From Plasmodiophora brassicae (Eukaryota), in assembly GCA_036867785.1 (NCBI GenBank), contig CP145416.1:1-64000 (forward strand): DNA of 64,000 bases. Reading direction: 5' to 3'. A model generated the notes under the pieces. The model did no database searches. It was not told the origin of the DNA and saw nothing but the letters and a program-made list of their open reading frames with translations. Position numbers and translations under genes: made by a program. Of this stretch, positions 1 to 9,599 are shown piece after piece. The first letter of the stretch is position 1. Each line of letters starts with the position of its first letter.

Positions 1-386
1 AAAACCCTAAAACCCTAAAACCCTAAAACCCTAAAACCCTAAAACCCTAAGCCCTAAAACCCTAAAACCCTAAAACCCTAAAACCCTAAAACCCTAAAAC
101 CCTAAAACCCTAAAACCCTAAAACCCTAAAACCCTAAAACCCTAAAACCCTAAAACCCTAAAACCCTAAAACCCTAAAACCCTAAAACCCTAAAACCCTA
201 AAACCCTAAAACCCTAAAACCCTAAAACCCTAAAACCCTAAAACCCTAAAACCCTAAAACCCTAAAACCCTAAAACCCTAAAAAACCCTAAAAACCCTAA
301 AAACCCTAAAACCCTAAAAAACCCTAAAACCCTAAAAACCCCTAAAAACCCTAAACCCTAAAAAACCCTAAGCCCTAAAAAAACCC
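1..386. repeat. Telomeric repeat array (CCCTAAAA)n = (TTTTAGGG)n; left chromosome end
   Basis: Near-perfect AAAACCCT octamers from base 1, with the C-rich strand on +. Variant units (A-run lengths 3-7, CCCC, AAGCCCT) cluster proximally at ~280-386. Confidence 0.98.
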
Positions 387-1340
387 AGGCAACCGGCACA
401 CGTACTGAAAGGGCGTTGGAAATGCTGTCCGATGCACCTGGTTTCAGAGCAATATGGAATTTCCCGAAGGCGAACAGCACGCAGATGCACAGCAGTTCTC
501 AGTGGACGCCGTCACCGCCGCCGACCAACTGTCAACAGCCGCGTCTCGAATCGACAGGCAACCGGCACACGTACTGAAAGGGCGTTGGAAATGCTGTCCG
601 ATGCACCTGGTTTCAGAGCAATATGGAATTTCCCGAAGGCGAACAGCACGCAGATGCACAGCAGTTCTCAGCGGACGCCGTCACCGCCGCCGACCAACTG
701 TCAACAGCCGCGTCTCGAATCGACAGGCAACCGGCACACGTACTGAAAGGGCGTTGGAAATGCTGTCCGATGCACCTGGTTTCAGAGCAATATGGAATTT
801 CCCGAAGGCGAACAGCACGCAGATGCACAGCAGTTCTCAGTGGACGCCGTCACCGCCGCCGACCAACTGTCAACAGCCGCGTCTCGAATCGACAGGCAAC
901 CGGCACACGTACTGAAAGGGCGTTGGAAATGCTGTCCGATGCACCTGGTTTCAGAGCAATATGGAATTTCCCGAAGGCGAACAGCACGCAGATGCACAGC
1001 AGTTCTCAGCGGACGCCGTCACCGCCGCCGACCAACTGTCAACAGCCGCGTCTCGAATCGACAGGCAACCGGCACACGTACTGAAAGGGCGTTGGAAATG
1101 CTGTCCGATGCACCTGGTTTCAGAGCAATATGGAATTTCCCGAAGGCGAACAGCACGCAGATGCACAGCAGTTCTCAGCGGACGCCGTCACCGCCGCCGA
1201 CCAACTGGTCAACAGACGCGTCTCGATTCGACAGGCAACCGGCGGACGTACTGAAAGGGCAGGCGAAATGCAATCAGATGCATCTAGTGCAACGGCAACA
1301 GAGAAATCACAGGGTGAACAGCAGGCATGCCCGGACAAGT
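386..1340. repeat. 169-bp subtelomeric tandem satellite: ~5 near-identical copies plus one diverged proximal copy
   Basis: CAGGCAACCGGCACACGTACTGAAAGGGCG recurs at 386, 555, 724, 893 and 1062, and in diverged form at ~1232. The ORF track repeats with a 169-nt offset (454, 623, 792, 961, 1130). Confidence 0.95.
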
Positions 1341-1503
1341 TAAATCAGCGTCGCCTGGATAATAGTGTATGGCATTCCGCACGGTGGCCGATCGGGTGGG
1401 TGCGGTTGCGCAGCTTCAGGGCCTCGTGCATCAACAGCAGCGCAGGCTGGGCACGGATGACACCTGGACACCGAATGCCGAGCGGTTACATCAGGACAGT
1501 GTC

Positions 1504-2492
1504 GTAAACCGACGGATTTCATAACGACGCCGGCACGCACGCCAGATGTGGAGGTAGTACAAACGGAAACGCGGGACACCTGTCAGGGTCGACCTTCGCC
1601 ATGTGAGTCACGCCGGCTAAACGAAGTACTGAAGGCGCCGACGCATCGTGCCCAGACCATGACTGGAAATGCGGCAGGGCTGCAGCGTGCGGTCTAGCCA
1701 TGGTTGATCATCAGGGCGCAGGTTTGCTGGAGAACGAGACGCCAGGCGATGCCATCCATGATTCGCAAGTGCCAAAACAGTCCACACTCGGCATTTTGCG
1801 CACTCCCACGGAGTTCAGTTCTGACTTAGTGAAATCAGGAAATCTGCCCAGTCGCGCTACATTCTTGGCGATACGAGAGGAACGGTGGCACATATGCCAA
1901 CGGAAACATCCCAGCTGCCTCTGATTTTCCCTGCTCTTCCCAACGATAGCGTCATGTTCAACTGACGGTGGCCCAAACTCGCAAACAACCCCTTGTAAAC
2001 CGACGGATTTCATGACGACGCCGGCACGCACGCCAGACGTGGAGGTAGTACAAACGGACACGCGCGACACCTGTCAGGGTCGACCTTCGCCATGTGAGTC
2101 ACGCCGGCTAAACGAAGTACTGAAGGCGCCGACGCATCGTGCCCAGACCCTGACTGGAAAGGCGGCAGGGCTGCAGCGTGCGCTCTAGCCATGGTTGATC
2201 ATCAGGGCCCAGGTTTGCTGGAGAACGAGATGCCAGGCGATGCCATACATGATTCGCTGGCAGTGCGAAAACAGTCCACACTCGGCATTTTGCGCACTCC
2301 CACGGAGTTCAGTTCTGACTTAGTGAAATCAGGAAATCTGCCCAGTCGCGCTACATTCTTGGCGATACGAGAGGAACGGTGGCACATATGCCAACGGAAA
2401 CATCCCAGCTGCCTCTGATTTTCCCTGCTCTTTCCAACGATAGCGTCATGTTCAACTGACGGTGGCCCAAACCCGCAAACAACCCCTTGTAA
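1504..2492 (+). repeat. Two tandem ~491/494-bp monomers immediately upstream of LINE ORF1 (probable 5' UTR/promoter monomers)
   Basis: GTAAACCGACGGATTTCAT occurs at 1504 and 1995. Both units end ...CAAACAACCCCTT followed by GTAAA, and the last GTAAA (2489) runs into the ORF1 ATG at 2493. Confidence 0.9.
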
Positions 2493-3770
2493 ATGCAACA
2501 GACAGGCTGCATGGACCCCCAATTCAGCAAGATCGGGGAACTGACGCGGACCCGTGCCGCAAGGCCCAGTCCGGCCACGTACGCTGAAGCCGCCACCAGC
2601 AGCGCGCCTGGACCTGTTGCGGGCAGCACGACGCAAGTCATGCAGTGGCGACCGCTCTACCCCATCGATGACACCCGCGCCGTCGGCGCCCCGCCTCGGT
2701 CGACAACGATGCTCAGCTGGAAGCTACGCCCGGTGTACGTTCGCGGTTTTCGACGCCAGCCGCTCAGTGCAATCCGTCGAATCCTGAAAACGAAGGGCTT
2801 CGACATTCGCAAGATTGTCGAAATCGGGTTCCTGCATGGGACGTCGATGCTCGAGGTGTGGGCCTACGAGCACGAGACCAACGACATCGTCAACCGGCTC
2901 ATTCACCACGACTACCGGACGTACTTCGACCGGCGCCCGACAGAACCGTTCCTGTTCGATTCGGCGGCGTTCCGCAAGCTGGCCAAGCCAGAGCAAGAGC
3001 AGTTCGCGAACGAGAACTTCATCTATCGGCTGGAGCGAATCACGAGCCGCGTTGACAGCTGTCTGCGACGATCCGCGAAGCGGCAGTTCGAGGCAATGCT
3101 TGACTGGGAGCGGTCAAGGGCGGCACCGGCCCCTGATCATCACCACGTGCCCATGGCACCGGCTGGGGAGCAGCCACGCCCGCCGATGAGCTCGGGGCCT
3201 ATGAGGCCCACTGACGCGCCGCCTGCTGTTGTTCCTGTGCAGGCTGCCCCAAGTACTGACGAGAGCGTGGCGCCCGCCGAAAGCCCCACTGATGACGTTC
3301 CTGTCACGCCCGAGGACGACCGCCCAAGCATTGACATCTGCGACGACGACGCCCACACCAATGCCGATTCATGCAGCTCATGTGCGATGGAGGCGCTGTA
3401 CCCTCCAGTCGCCTCAATCATCAACGAGCTCGCGCCACCATCTTCCGACCTGGTGGAAATGCCGGCGGACGACGTCCGAGACGACAACGCGTTCCAGCTC
3501 GACAGCCAGAAGTCGTACAGCATGCGGCGTAGGCCGATCGCCAAACGCCAAGCTGTATCGCTGACGCTGGAGGAGGAGGAGGAGGATGAACCATCTGGCG
3601 CGGCGGACGAACGAGCTGGCGGCGGCCCAGCCGCCTCCGCTGACAACGATGCTGCAGCACGCAGCGCATCCCAGACCGACGAACAGGGCACCATGCGCCC
3701 TGTCCTGCCGGCGCCGGCCTCGGCCGGTCTGGCAGGGACGACTGAGACGAACCCCACGCAGCGATGCTGA
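2493..3770 (+). CDS. LINE ORF1 (putative nucleic-acid-binding protein), 425 aa
   Basis: Lies directly 5' of the RT ORF. Has a TYAEAA motif, a basic alpha/beta region (VYVRGFRRQPLSAIRRILKTKGFDIRKIVEIGF) and a long Pro/acidic low-complexity C-terminus. No CCHC knuckle. Confidence 0.8.
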   Translation: MQQTGCMDPQFSKIGELTRTRAARPSPATYAEAATSSAPGPVAGSTTQVMQWRPLYPIDDTRAVGAPPRSTTMLSWKLRPVYVRGFRRQPLSAIRRILKTKGFDIRKIVEIGFLHGTSMLEVWAYEHETNDIVNRLIHHDYRTYFDRRPTEPFLFDSAAFRKLAKPEQEQFANENFIYRLERITSRVDSCLRRSAKRQFEAMLDWERSRAAPAPDHHHVPMAPAGEQPRPPMSSGPMRPTDAPPAVVPVQAAPSTDESVAPAESPTDDVPVTPEDDRPSIDICDDDAHTNADSCSSCAMEALYPPVASIINELAPPSSDLVEMPADDVRDDNAFQLDSQKSYSMRRRPIAKRQAVSLTLEEEEEDEPSGAADERAGGGPAASADNDAAARSASQTDEQGTMRPVLPAPASAGLAGTTETNPTQRC

Positions 3771-6700
3771 TCGCTGCGTGGAATTCCGATGGCCTGGACG
3801 CTGCCAAGCTCCAGGCCACGGCCGCCTTCTTCAGAGATCGTCGCCTCACGGCGGCGGTCTTTGTGGAAACCTATGTACGTTCTGAATCGCTACTAACCAA
3901 TGTTCTCACAGATTACCAAATTCGACATGTCGCTGGCGGGCGATCCGCCAACGAACTTAGGGGCCATGGTGGCATCAGCATCATGGTCCCGGCCGCTGTG
4001 GCGCTGCGGGAGGTCGCCCGCGAGCGCAAGTGCATCACTCCAAGGTGGGCGGTTTGGCGCGTTGGCGAGGACCTTGTCGTCGCCGGCGTGTACATCCGCC
4101 CGGCCAGGTCACTGCCTGTCGACACGTACCAGATGACGCTGTTCGGCCTCGCCAACGCCATTGCGACGCACTGCTCGGACGGGGACCGTCTCGCCATTGT
4201 CGGCGACTTTAACGCTCGCCTCGGCGACGTCTCCGGCGACAGCACGTCCTGCCCGCGGAAGCCTCACGTCATGGAGCTGGTCGGCCGGTGCTCACTGTCA
4301 CTCTTGAACTATGCACTCCGCGGCGATCCCAGTCGCTGGACATTCGTGGTGCCCAACGGCAACGGACGCTCCGTCGTCGATCTCGCCTTGACCCGCGGTC
4401 TCGACTCTGCGCGCCTCAGCGTGGTCGACGCACCGATCAGCACGGCGCATCGCATGCTGGTTGTCGCGAGCGATCACGTCGTGCCGGAACGCGTTGACCC
4501 GAAGCGCTACTCCTGGGCGCGCAGGATGTTCGCTGACCCGGACGATCGCCCAGCCCTGTCGGTCCTGCTGGCCCCGGCCTACAACTATCTACGTGCCCTG
4601 TGGCTGGATGCCACCCGTGATTTCGACGAGATCGCTGACCACCCTACCGCAGCCCTGCAGGACGCCGTCGACAGCCTGTACCGCCACACCACTGACGTCC
4701 TTCGCGCCGTTCTCGAGGACATCGCCTGCTGGCCCAGCTCCCGGTCCAAGCGAGGTCGCACGGCAACGATGCGTCCCGACTGGCAGGCGCTGCAGCGCTG
4801 CGACCTGCGCTTCTACCTCAGCTCGATGCGACGCGTCTTTGCGGCCACGTCGCAGCTGCAGCCCAGCCAGCGCCCGTCCATCGAGGAATTCGCCGACCAT
4901 TGGAAAGCGGTCTTCGAGAAGCCGGGCGTGGACGACGGCCCGCGCCTGCGTTCCCCGCGCCTCTCCACCGACCTGGACGACGAGGAGTGCCATGCGTTCG
5001 GCCCCGCTGTCGTCACCGCCATCATCAAACGGCATGAGTGGATGAAGGGGGTCGGCCCGGACAACATACCGATGGACCTCCTGAAGTGTGACCCGGATGC
5101 CGCCGGCCCCTGGATATCCTGCATGTTCACCTGCTTGTACACTGTGCAGCTCGTGCCGTCTGACTGGCGGTCGGCGCTCGTTGTGCCCGTGCACAAACGG
5201 AACACCGAACCCGCCGACCCGTCGAACTGGCGAGGCATTGCGCTGCAGTCCCACCTCCGGAAGGCATATGAGACGTGTCTGATCACGTACATGCACCTGA
5301 AGGGGTGGCTGCAGATGCACTTCCTCCAGTTTGGATTTCGGCGAGGCATCGGTGTCCCCGAAGCCGTGTGGGTGGCCGACGAGCTGACCACCCACTGGGC
5401 GGCACGACGCAAGCCGCTGATCGAGGTCCTCCTCGACATGAGGAAGGCGTATGATAGCGCCCGCCGCATTCATGTCTACTCGAAGCTACGCAGACGAGGC
5501 GTACCTGCACATATCATCGCCGTTCTGCAGGCCTTGTTTGACGGCTGCCATTTCATCATTGCTCTGGACGGGCAGCTGTCCGAGCGGATCGCCGCGCTCG
5601 TCGGCCTATTCCAGGGCGCGATTGGCTCCCCTGACTTATTCAACGTCCTGATCGACGACCTGCCGTACCTGATCGTGTCGCGGTTCGGCGACGAGGCCCC
5701 GATGTTCGACCACATGCCGGTGCCCTGCCAGTTCTACGCCGACGACACCCTGCTGCACGCCTTCACCGACCAGATGGCCCAGGCTATGATGGACCTCTGT
5801 CAGGAGTACGCGCAGCGGCACGAACTCGAGTGGAACGCGACGAAATCGATCGTCTCCAGGCCGAGGACGTCGACCGCCGCGCAGCCGGCAGCCCTGACCA
5901 TCGGCGGCAACCGCGTCGTCGAGGAGCACGAGCTCGACAAGCCGGTGTGCTTCCTGGGCGTCGTCATGAAGGATGGTCGCCTCGATCATCGAGCCCAGCT
6001 CGCCTCGCGGACAGCCAAAGCCGAGAAGGCCATGATCGGGATCATGCACTCGGGCGTGTTCAGCACGAAGCACCTGTCGATCGTCCGGAAGACGCGCGTC
6101 GTCGGCGCCTGGATCCGTTCGCGCGCCGAGTACGGACTCGCCATCAGCAACAGCCACGTCGGCCTACTGAAGAAGCTCGACCAGCTGCAGAAGTCGGCCG
6201 CCGCCCTGTTCTTCGGTGGATACCGCCGCCGCATCGGCTCGTCCCTGATGCTCCGGTACGCGGGACTCGTGCCCGCCGCTGCCCGCCAGGCCAAGCTGCG
6301 CGCCCGGTTCGCGTTCAAGCAGATCACGTGGTCGGAGCAGATCAAGGATGGCGATCGCGTCCCGTTCCTGGTCCGCGTCACGCGCTGGGCGCTCAGCAAC
6401 CCGCGCAGCCGATTCAACATGATGCTGAAGGGCTGCAAGGTCTACGCGGACGCAACCGCCATCTACAGGAACGGCCGTGACGCCCGCGAGCAACGCGCCC
6501 GTGAAGAACTCGCCGACGCCGAAGCCGGCCGCCCGACGCGGAAGCGCCCACGCCTGCCCGATCGGCAAGACGCCCTGCTGCAAGCGCTCGAGCTCCACAC
6601 GTGGGCTGCCGCTGATGCGTCCTGCAAGCTGATGCGCCTGCAGCTACAGCCGTATAACCTCCCGTTTCCGGCGGCGTACCACTCGGGCGACGACGCATAT

Positions 6701-7528
6701 GCGGTGGCTTCATGGGTCACGAACCGCATACCGGGCTCGAACGCCCAGTGCCGGGCGTGCAACGACAAGAACCTCTCGAGGTATCACATTGCTGCCCGTT
6801 GCACTGAATCGTCGCGCCTGCTCAGGCCAATCATCGACTGGCGCATCCGTGCCTTGCACTTCAACAGGGCGGACACGGGCGTCGCCATCGACTACGTCGC
6901 CATCCAGCTCAACGATTACGCACGCCTGACGGCGCCGCCCGCCAGAGAAGACGACCGTCTACGACCGCGCCGCATGCCGGATAAGCGCCACCCGACGTTT
7001 CGGCTGAGCGATCGCCAGCGACGCTGGCTGGCCGTCCTGGGCACGTTCATCCGCGCCGTTGCCGCCCGCTGCATCCGCGGCGAGTCGCTCGCCATCTCCG
7101 CTCAGGGCGTCGCTGCGCTTGCTGGCCTGGACGCGACGCTATGGAACGAGATCAGCGACGATGAGGACAACGAGAACGCGCGAGTCGCCGTTGAAGTTGC
7201 CGAACACGTCCTCGACGACCCTGCACTGGTCGGGTTCCTGGGCGGTGCGGACATAGCCGGCCCAGAGATCGATGCCGATGCCCGAGTTCGTCGACGCGCC
7301 CACCATCTCTCGCCGACGGCGATAATGACGGCCATCGTGATGAGATGTATTGCCAACGCGACCGGGCGACCGGCGGAAGCCGACGCTGGACCCCAGCATG
7401 AAGCTCGTGTGCCGCTGCGCCCCGACGCGCCGTCGCCTGCATCGTCGCCCGGCCGTGTCCAGTCGCCATTAGACGGGCACAGTGCGGCCGACATAGAGCG
7501 CCGCGCGCGTTCATGGCGCCCGCCGTGA
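3764..7528 (+). CDS. LINE ORF2: apurinic-like endonuclease + reverse transcriptase + C-terminal CCHC-type motif, 1254 aa
   Basis: APE motifs AWNSDGL, VETY, GVYI, GDFNARLG, VVDLAL and STAH. RT motifs GPDNIP, VVPVHK, NWRGIAL, QFGFRRG, LDMRKAYDS, GLFQGAIGSPDLFN and FYADD. C-terminal CRACNDKNLSRYHIAARC. Confidence 0.97.
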   Translation: MLIAAWNSDGLDAAKLQATAAFFRDRRLTAAVFVETYVRSESLLTNVLTDYQIRHVAGGRSANELRGHGGISIMVPAAVALREVARERKCITPRWAVWRVGEDLVVAGVYIRPARSLPVDTYQMTLFGLANAIATHCSDGDRLAIVGDFNARLGDVSGDSTSCPRKPHVMELVGRCSLSLLNYALRGDPSRWTFVVPNGNGRSVVDLALTRGLDSARLSVVDAPISTAHRMLVVASDHVVPERVDPKRYSWARRMFADPDDRPALSVLLAPAYNYLRALWLDATRDFDEIADHPTAALQDAVDSLYRHTTDVLRAVLEDIACWPSSRSKRGRTATMRPDWQALQRCDLRFYLSSMRRVFAATSQLQPSQRPSIEEFADHWKAVFEKPGVDDGPRLRSPRLSTDLDDEECHAFGPAVVTAIIKRHEWMKGVGPDNIPMDLLKCDPDAAGPWISCMFTCLYTVQLVPSDWRSALVVPVHKRNTEPADPSNWRGIALQSHLRKAYETCLITYMHLKGWLQMHFLQFGFRRGIGVPEAVWVADELTTHWAARRKPLIEVLLDMRKAYDSARRIHVYSKLRRRGVPAHIIAVLQALFDGCHFIIALDGQLSERIAALVGLFQGAIGSPDLFNVLIDDLPYLIVSRFGDEAPMFDHMPVPCQFYADDTLLHAFTDQMAQAMMDLCQEYAQRHELEWNATKSIVSRPRTSTAAQPAALTIGGNRVVEEHELDKPVCFLGVVMKDGRLDHRAQLASRTAKAEKAMIGIMHSGVFSTKHLSIVRKTRVVGAWIRSRAEYGLAISNSHVGLLKKLDQLQKSAAALFFGGYRRRIGSSLMLRYAGLVPAAARQAKLRARFAFKQITWSEQIKDGDRVPFLVRVTRWALSNPRSRFNMMLKGCKVYADATAIYRNGRDAREQRAREELADAEAGRPTRKRPRLPDRQDALLQALELHTWAAADASCKLMRLQLQPYNLPFPAAYHSGDDAYAVASWVTNRIPGSNAQCRACNDKNLSRYHIAARCTESSRLLRPIIDWRIRALHFNRADTGVAIDYVAIQLNDYARLTAPPAREDDRLRPRRMPDKRHPTFRLSDRQRRWLAVLGTFIRAVAARCIRGESLAISAQGVAALAGLDATLWNEISDDEDNENARVAVEVAEHVLDDPALVGFLGGADIAGPEIDADARVRRRAHHLSPTAIMTAIVMRCIANATGRPAEADAGPQHEARVPLRPDAPSPASSPGRVQSPLDGHSAADIERRARSWRPP

Positions 7529-7674
7529 ACGCTGCGCACTCCGCCGATCCTGTCACTCGAGTCAAGCCTGTCCTATTCACGTCCGTTCCCGCCGAGCTCA
7601 CGACGCTTTAGCTGTATCTGACAAATACAAATAGAAGTTCCTTTGCCCTACGGATTTGGTTCCTGCTTGTTTTA

Positions 7675-7804
7675 ATCGGGGTTGGCGTCGCGGACGTCTT
7701 TGAGAGGCTTGTTCGCCGCCGCGTTCGCCGTGTTCAAGCAGCGCGACGCCGACGCCGCGGCGGCGAACAAGGCTCTCAAAGACGTCCGCGACGCCAACCC
7801 CGAT
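7675..7804. repeat. Inverted repeat/hairpin with 49-bp arms (one mismatch) and a 32-nt loop
   Basis: 7675-7723 (ATCGGGGTTGGCGTCGCGGACGTCTTTGAGAGGCTTGTTCGCCGCCGCG) is the reverse complement of 7756-7804 at 48 of 49 positions. Confidence 0.95.
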
Positions 7805-8030
7805 GACCCGCGCCTGCCCGACATGGAGCGCGACGCCGCCGCCGCCGAGCGTGCCCGCGACGCTGCCGTGGCCGTCTATGTCGCGTCACGTACCGCCGCC
7901 CCGCCCGCCGGTACTTCTTGCCTCGATTTACGCGTGGCTATATTTTGATAACGCTGGTTGGACTTCTAGAGGACACGACGACCCTCGTAGGCGATTGGTT
8001 TCTCGTCGCTGCAAGAAAGACGGTTGCTCA
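7724..8030 (+). pseudogene. 5'-truncated gene fragment (Ala-rich helical exon plus probable intron 7911-7969); no ATG
   Basis: GC-rich coding-like frame AVFKQRDADAAAANKALKDVRDANPDDPRLPDMERDAAAAERARDAA followed by a GT...AG intron. The upstream part is replaced by an inverted copy of itself. Confidence 0.45.
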
Positions 8031-8329
8031 TGTATATGCTTTATTTCGGCGTCCATGGCCGGATTGGCAACAATTGGGGTCCACTGCTGATAGTTCTCAA
8101 CGGCGTTATCGCCAACATGCACCCGCCCTCAGCCGTAGATTTTCGCTGATAAATGTTCGCGAACAGTTTTTTGATATTATAGCGCGCAGCCATACCTGTC
8201 GGGGACGGGTGGGATCGCGGCGCTGTTCCTGTTCCTGTTTCGAGTCTGCAACCGCCGTCGTTAAGGGCTGGTGCACTTCGACGACGAGCGAAACACAATT
8301 AAATCTATCGTGTTGTCCCGCGTCTGCAG

Positions 8330-9356
8330 ACCCTTGACGGTACCCAATGTCACACTATTAGGGTGTTGAACGCGTTTGAGCCAATTGCACCGGTCCATAT
8401 CCTTCGCTGTTTGCCTGGATGGAACCGCGTATCGGGCACGGCGCCCTGGGTGGACCTGTACAACCAGGTGATGAACCCAGCCCTGGATGCGAACGTGGCG
8501 TCGTACGTGCTCGTCGAGCTCATCAGCCGCCTGGGCGACGCCGACCAGGCGACACGGTCGTTTCCTGCCGGGTATCAGCACGACGCCGACGATTTCGTCC
8601 TGGAACTGCTATCGCAGATGGAGGCATACCGTATGGTCGGGCATACCGTATGGTCGGTTCTGATGGACACGCTATTGTTCGCAGTCTCGTCGAAGACGTA
8701 ATTGACACATGTGCGACCTGCGGCCATGCCTCGTCGCGCCCGCCTTGTCAGCAGCCCGTCGTGATGCTGCAGGGTTGCCACCAGCGAGTCAAACTGTCAG
8801 CGGTTCTAGTCGGGGAGCAGTCAACAACGATAACCAGGAGGTGCACCTCCAAGAGGCCTTGCAAACCTGGTCACGATGTCGAGCATCGGTCAACGAACTT
8901 CCGCCACATGGCCAGCATGCCCAGGCCCGGATCACTGTTGATTGTTCGACAGGATCCAATGGAGATCGTCCAGGAATCCGGCCCTGATGGAGCGCAGATC
9001 AGCATGGCGCGTCGTAGGACCACTGTGGTAGGTGCAGGACATCAAGCGATGATGATGGGTGGATCTCTTGGATATCTGATATCTCCTCTGTGCAGGACGT
9101 GGTGCCAGAATTGGCATTCCAGGTCGGCAGTGCTTTCTTCGACCTCGTTGGCCTGGTCGATTATCAGGGTGGTGACACCCAGTTGGCTGGGAACGATGAA
9201 GGGCATTACATATCGTGGGTTAAGCAACCCGGCGGTTCCTGGGCCTTCTGCGACACCAGTCGCCTAGTGCGGTATGGAGAGTCCCAAGTGGCTCGCCTGC
9301 TCGACAAGCGCGTCTACAGGCTGCTCTTCTACCGATGCATTGGTATCCGTTTATAA
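8330..9356 (+). CDS. Divergent ubiquitin-specific protease (USP/peptidase C19)-like gene, spliced; start not identified, possibly a pseudogene
   Basis: Cys-box-like LDGTQCHTIRVLNAF; QHDADDFVLELL (QQDA.EF box); finger CATC; His-box DLVGLVDYQGG...GHYISWVK...WAFCD; terminal YRLLFYR. Introns at ~8631-8684 and ~9028-9096 join the three frames. Confidence 0.72.
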
Positions 9357-9599
9357 ATTCGCCTTTTTAACTTTACGCACGGGACGGGTCTGTTTGACAT
9401 GCAGCATCGCGAGCGTCGATGCTCGAGTGCCAATGTCTAAGGGTTGGCATTGCCTGGCGAAACCAGGCATGGCAACGTCGTGGAAGGATCTGCCATGGTC
9501 GACACGCAGGGACGGGCGTAACGTCGACGTACTCGCCGGGGACGGACGGCGTCCCGCCGTGCACCGATTGCACGGAACGCTGCCGGTCGGCACCAGCTG

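Larger units (their letters stand above)
1504..7636 (+). mobile_element. Apparently full-length non-LTR retrotransposon (LINE; ORF1 plus APE-RT ORF2); 5' boundary uncertain
   Basis: Two uninterrupted, intronless ORFs overlap by 7 nt. A ~100-nt 3' UTR ends in A-rich ACAAATACAAATAGAA (7621-7636). No LTRs and no target-site duplication were found. Confidence 0.9.

Noticed and set aside
386-1260. CRISPR-like array
   Set aside because: Whole units repeat with no unique spacers, the context is eukaryotic and there are no cas genes.
432-1507. Many overlapping ORFs (MEFPEGEQHADAQQ...) in the satellite
   Set aside because: The 169-bp unit is not a multiple of 3; the ORFs are frame-rotating by-products of the repeat.
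1504-2492. LTRs, or a hammerhead ribozyme (CTGATGA on the minus strand at ~1706-1713)
   Set aside because: The repeats are adjacent rather than flanking, and the RT is non-LTR type. No stem II plus GAAA follows the CTGATGA. An Infernal/RNAmotif scan for hammerhead and HDV-like folds would settle it.
3764-7528. Telomerase RT, Penelope/Athena element or group II intron
   Set aside because: An N-terminal APE domain and an upstream ORF1 define a LINE. No T/CP motifs, GIY-YIG or maturase features were seen.
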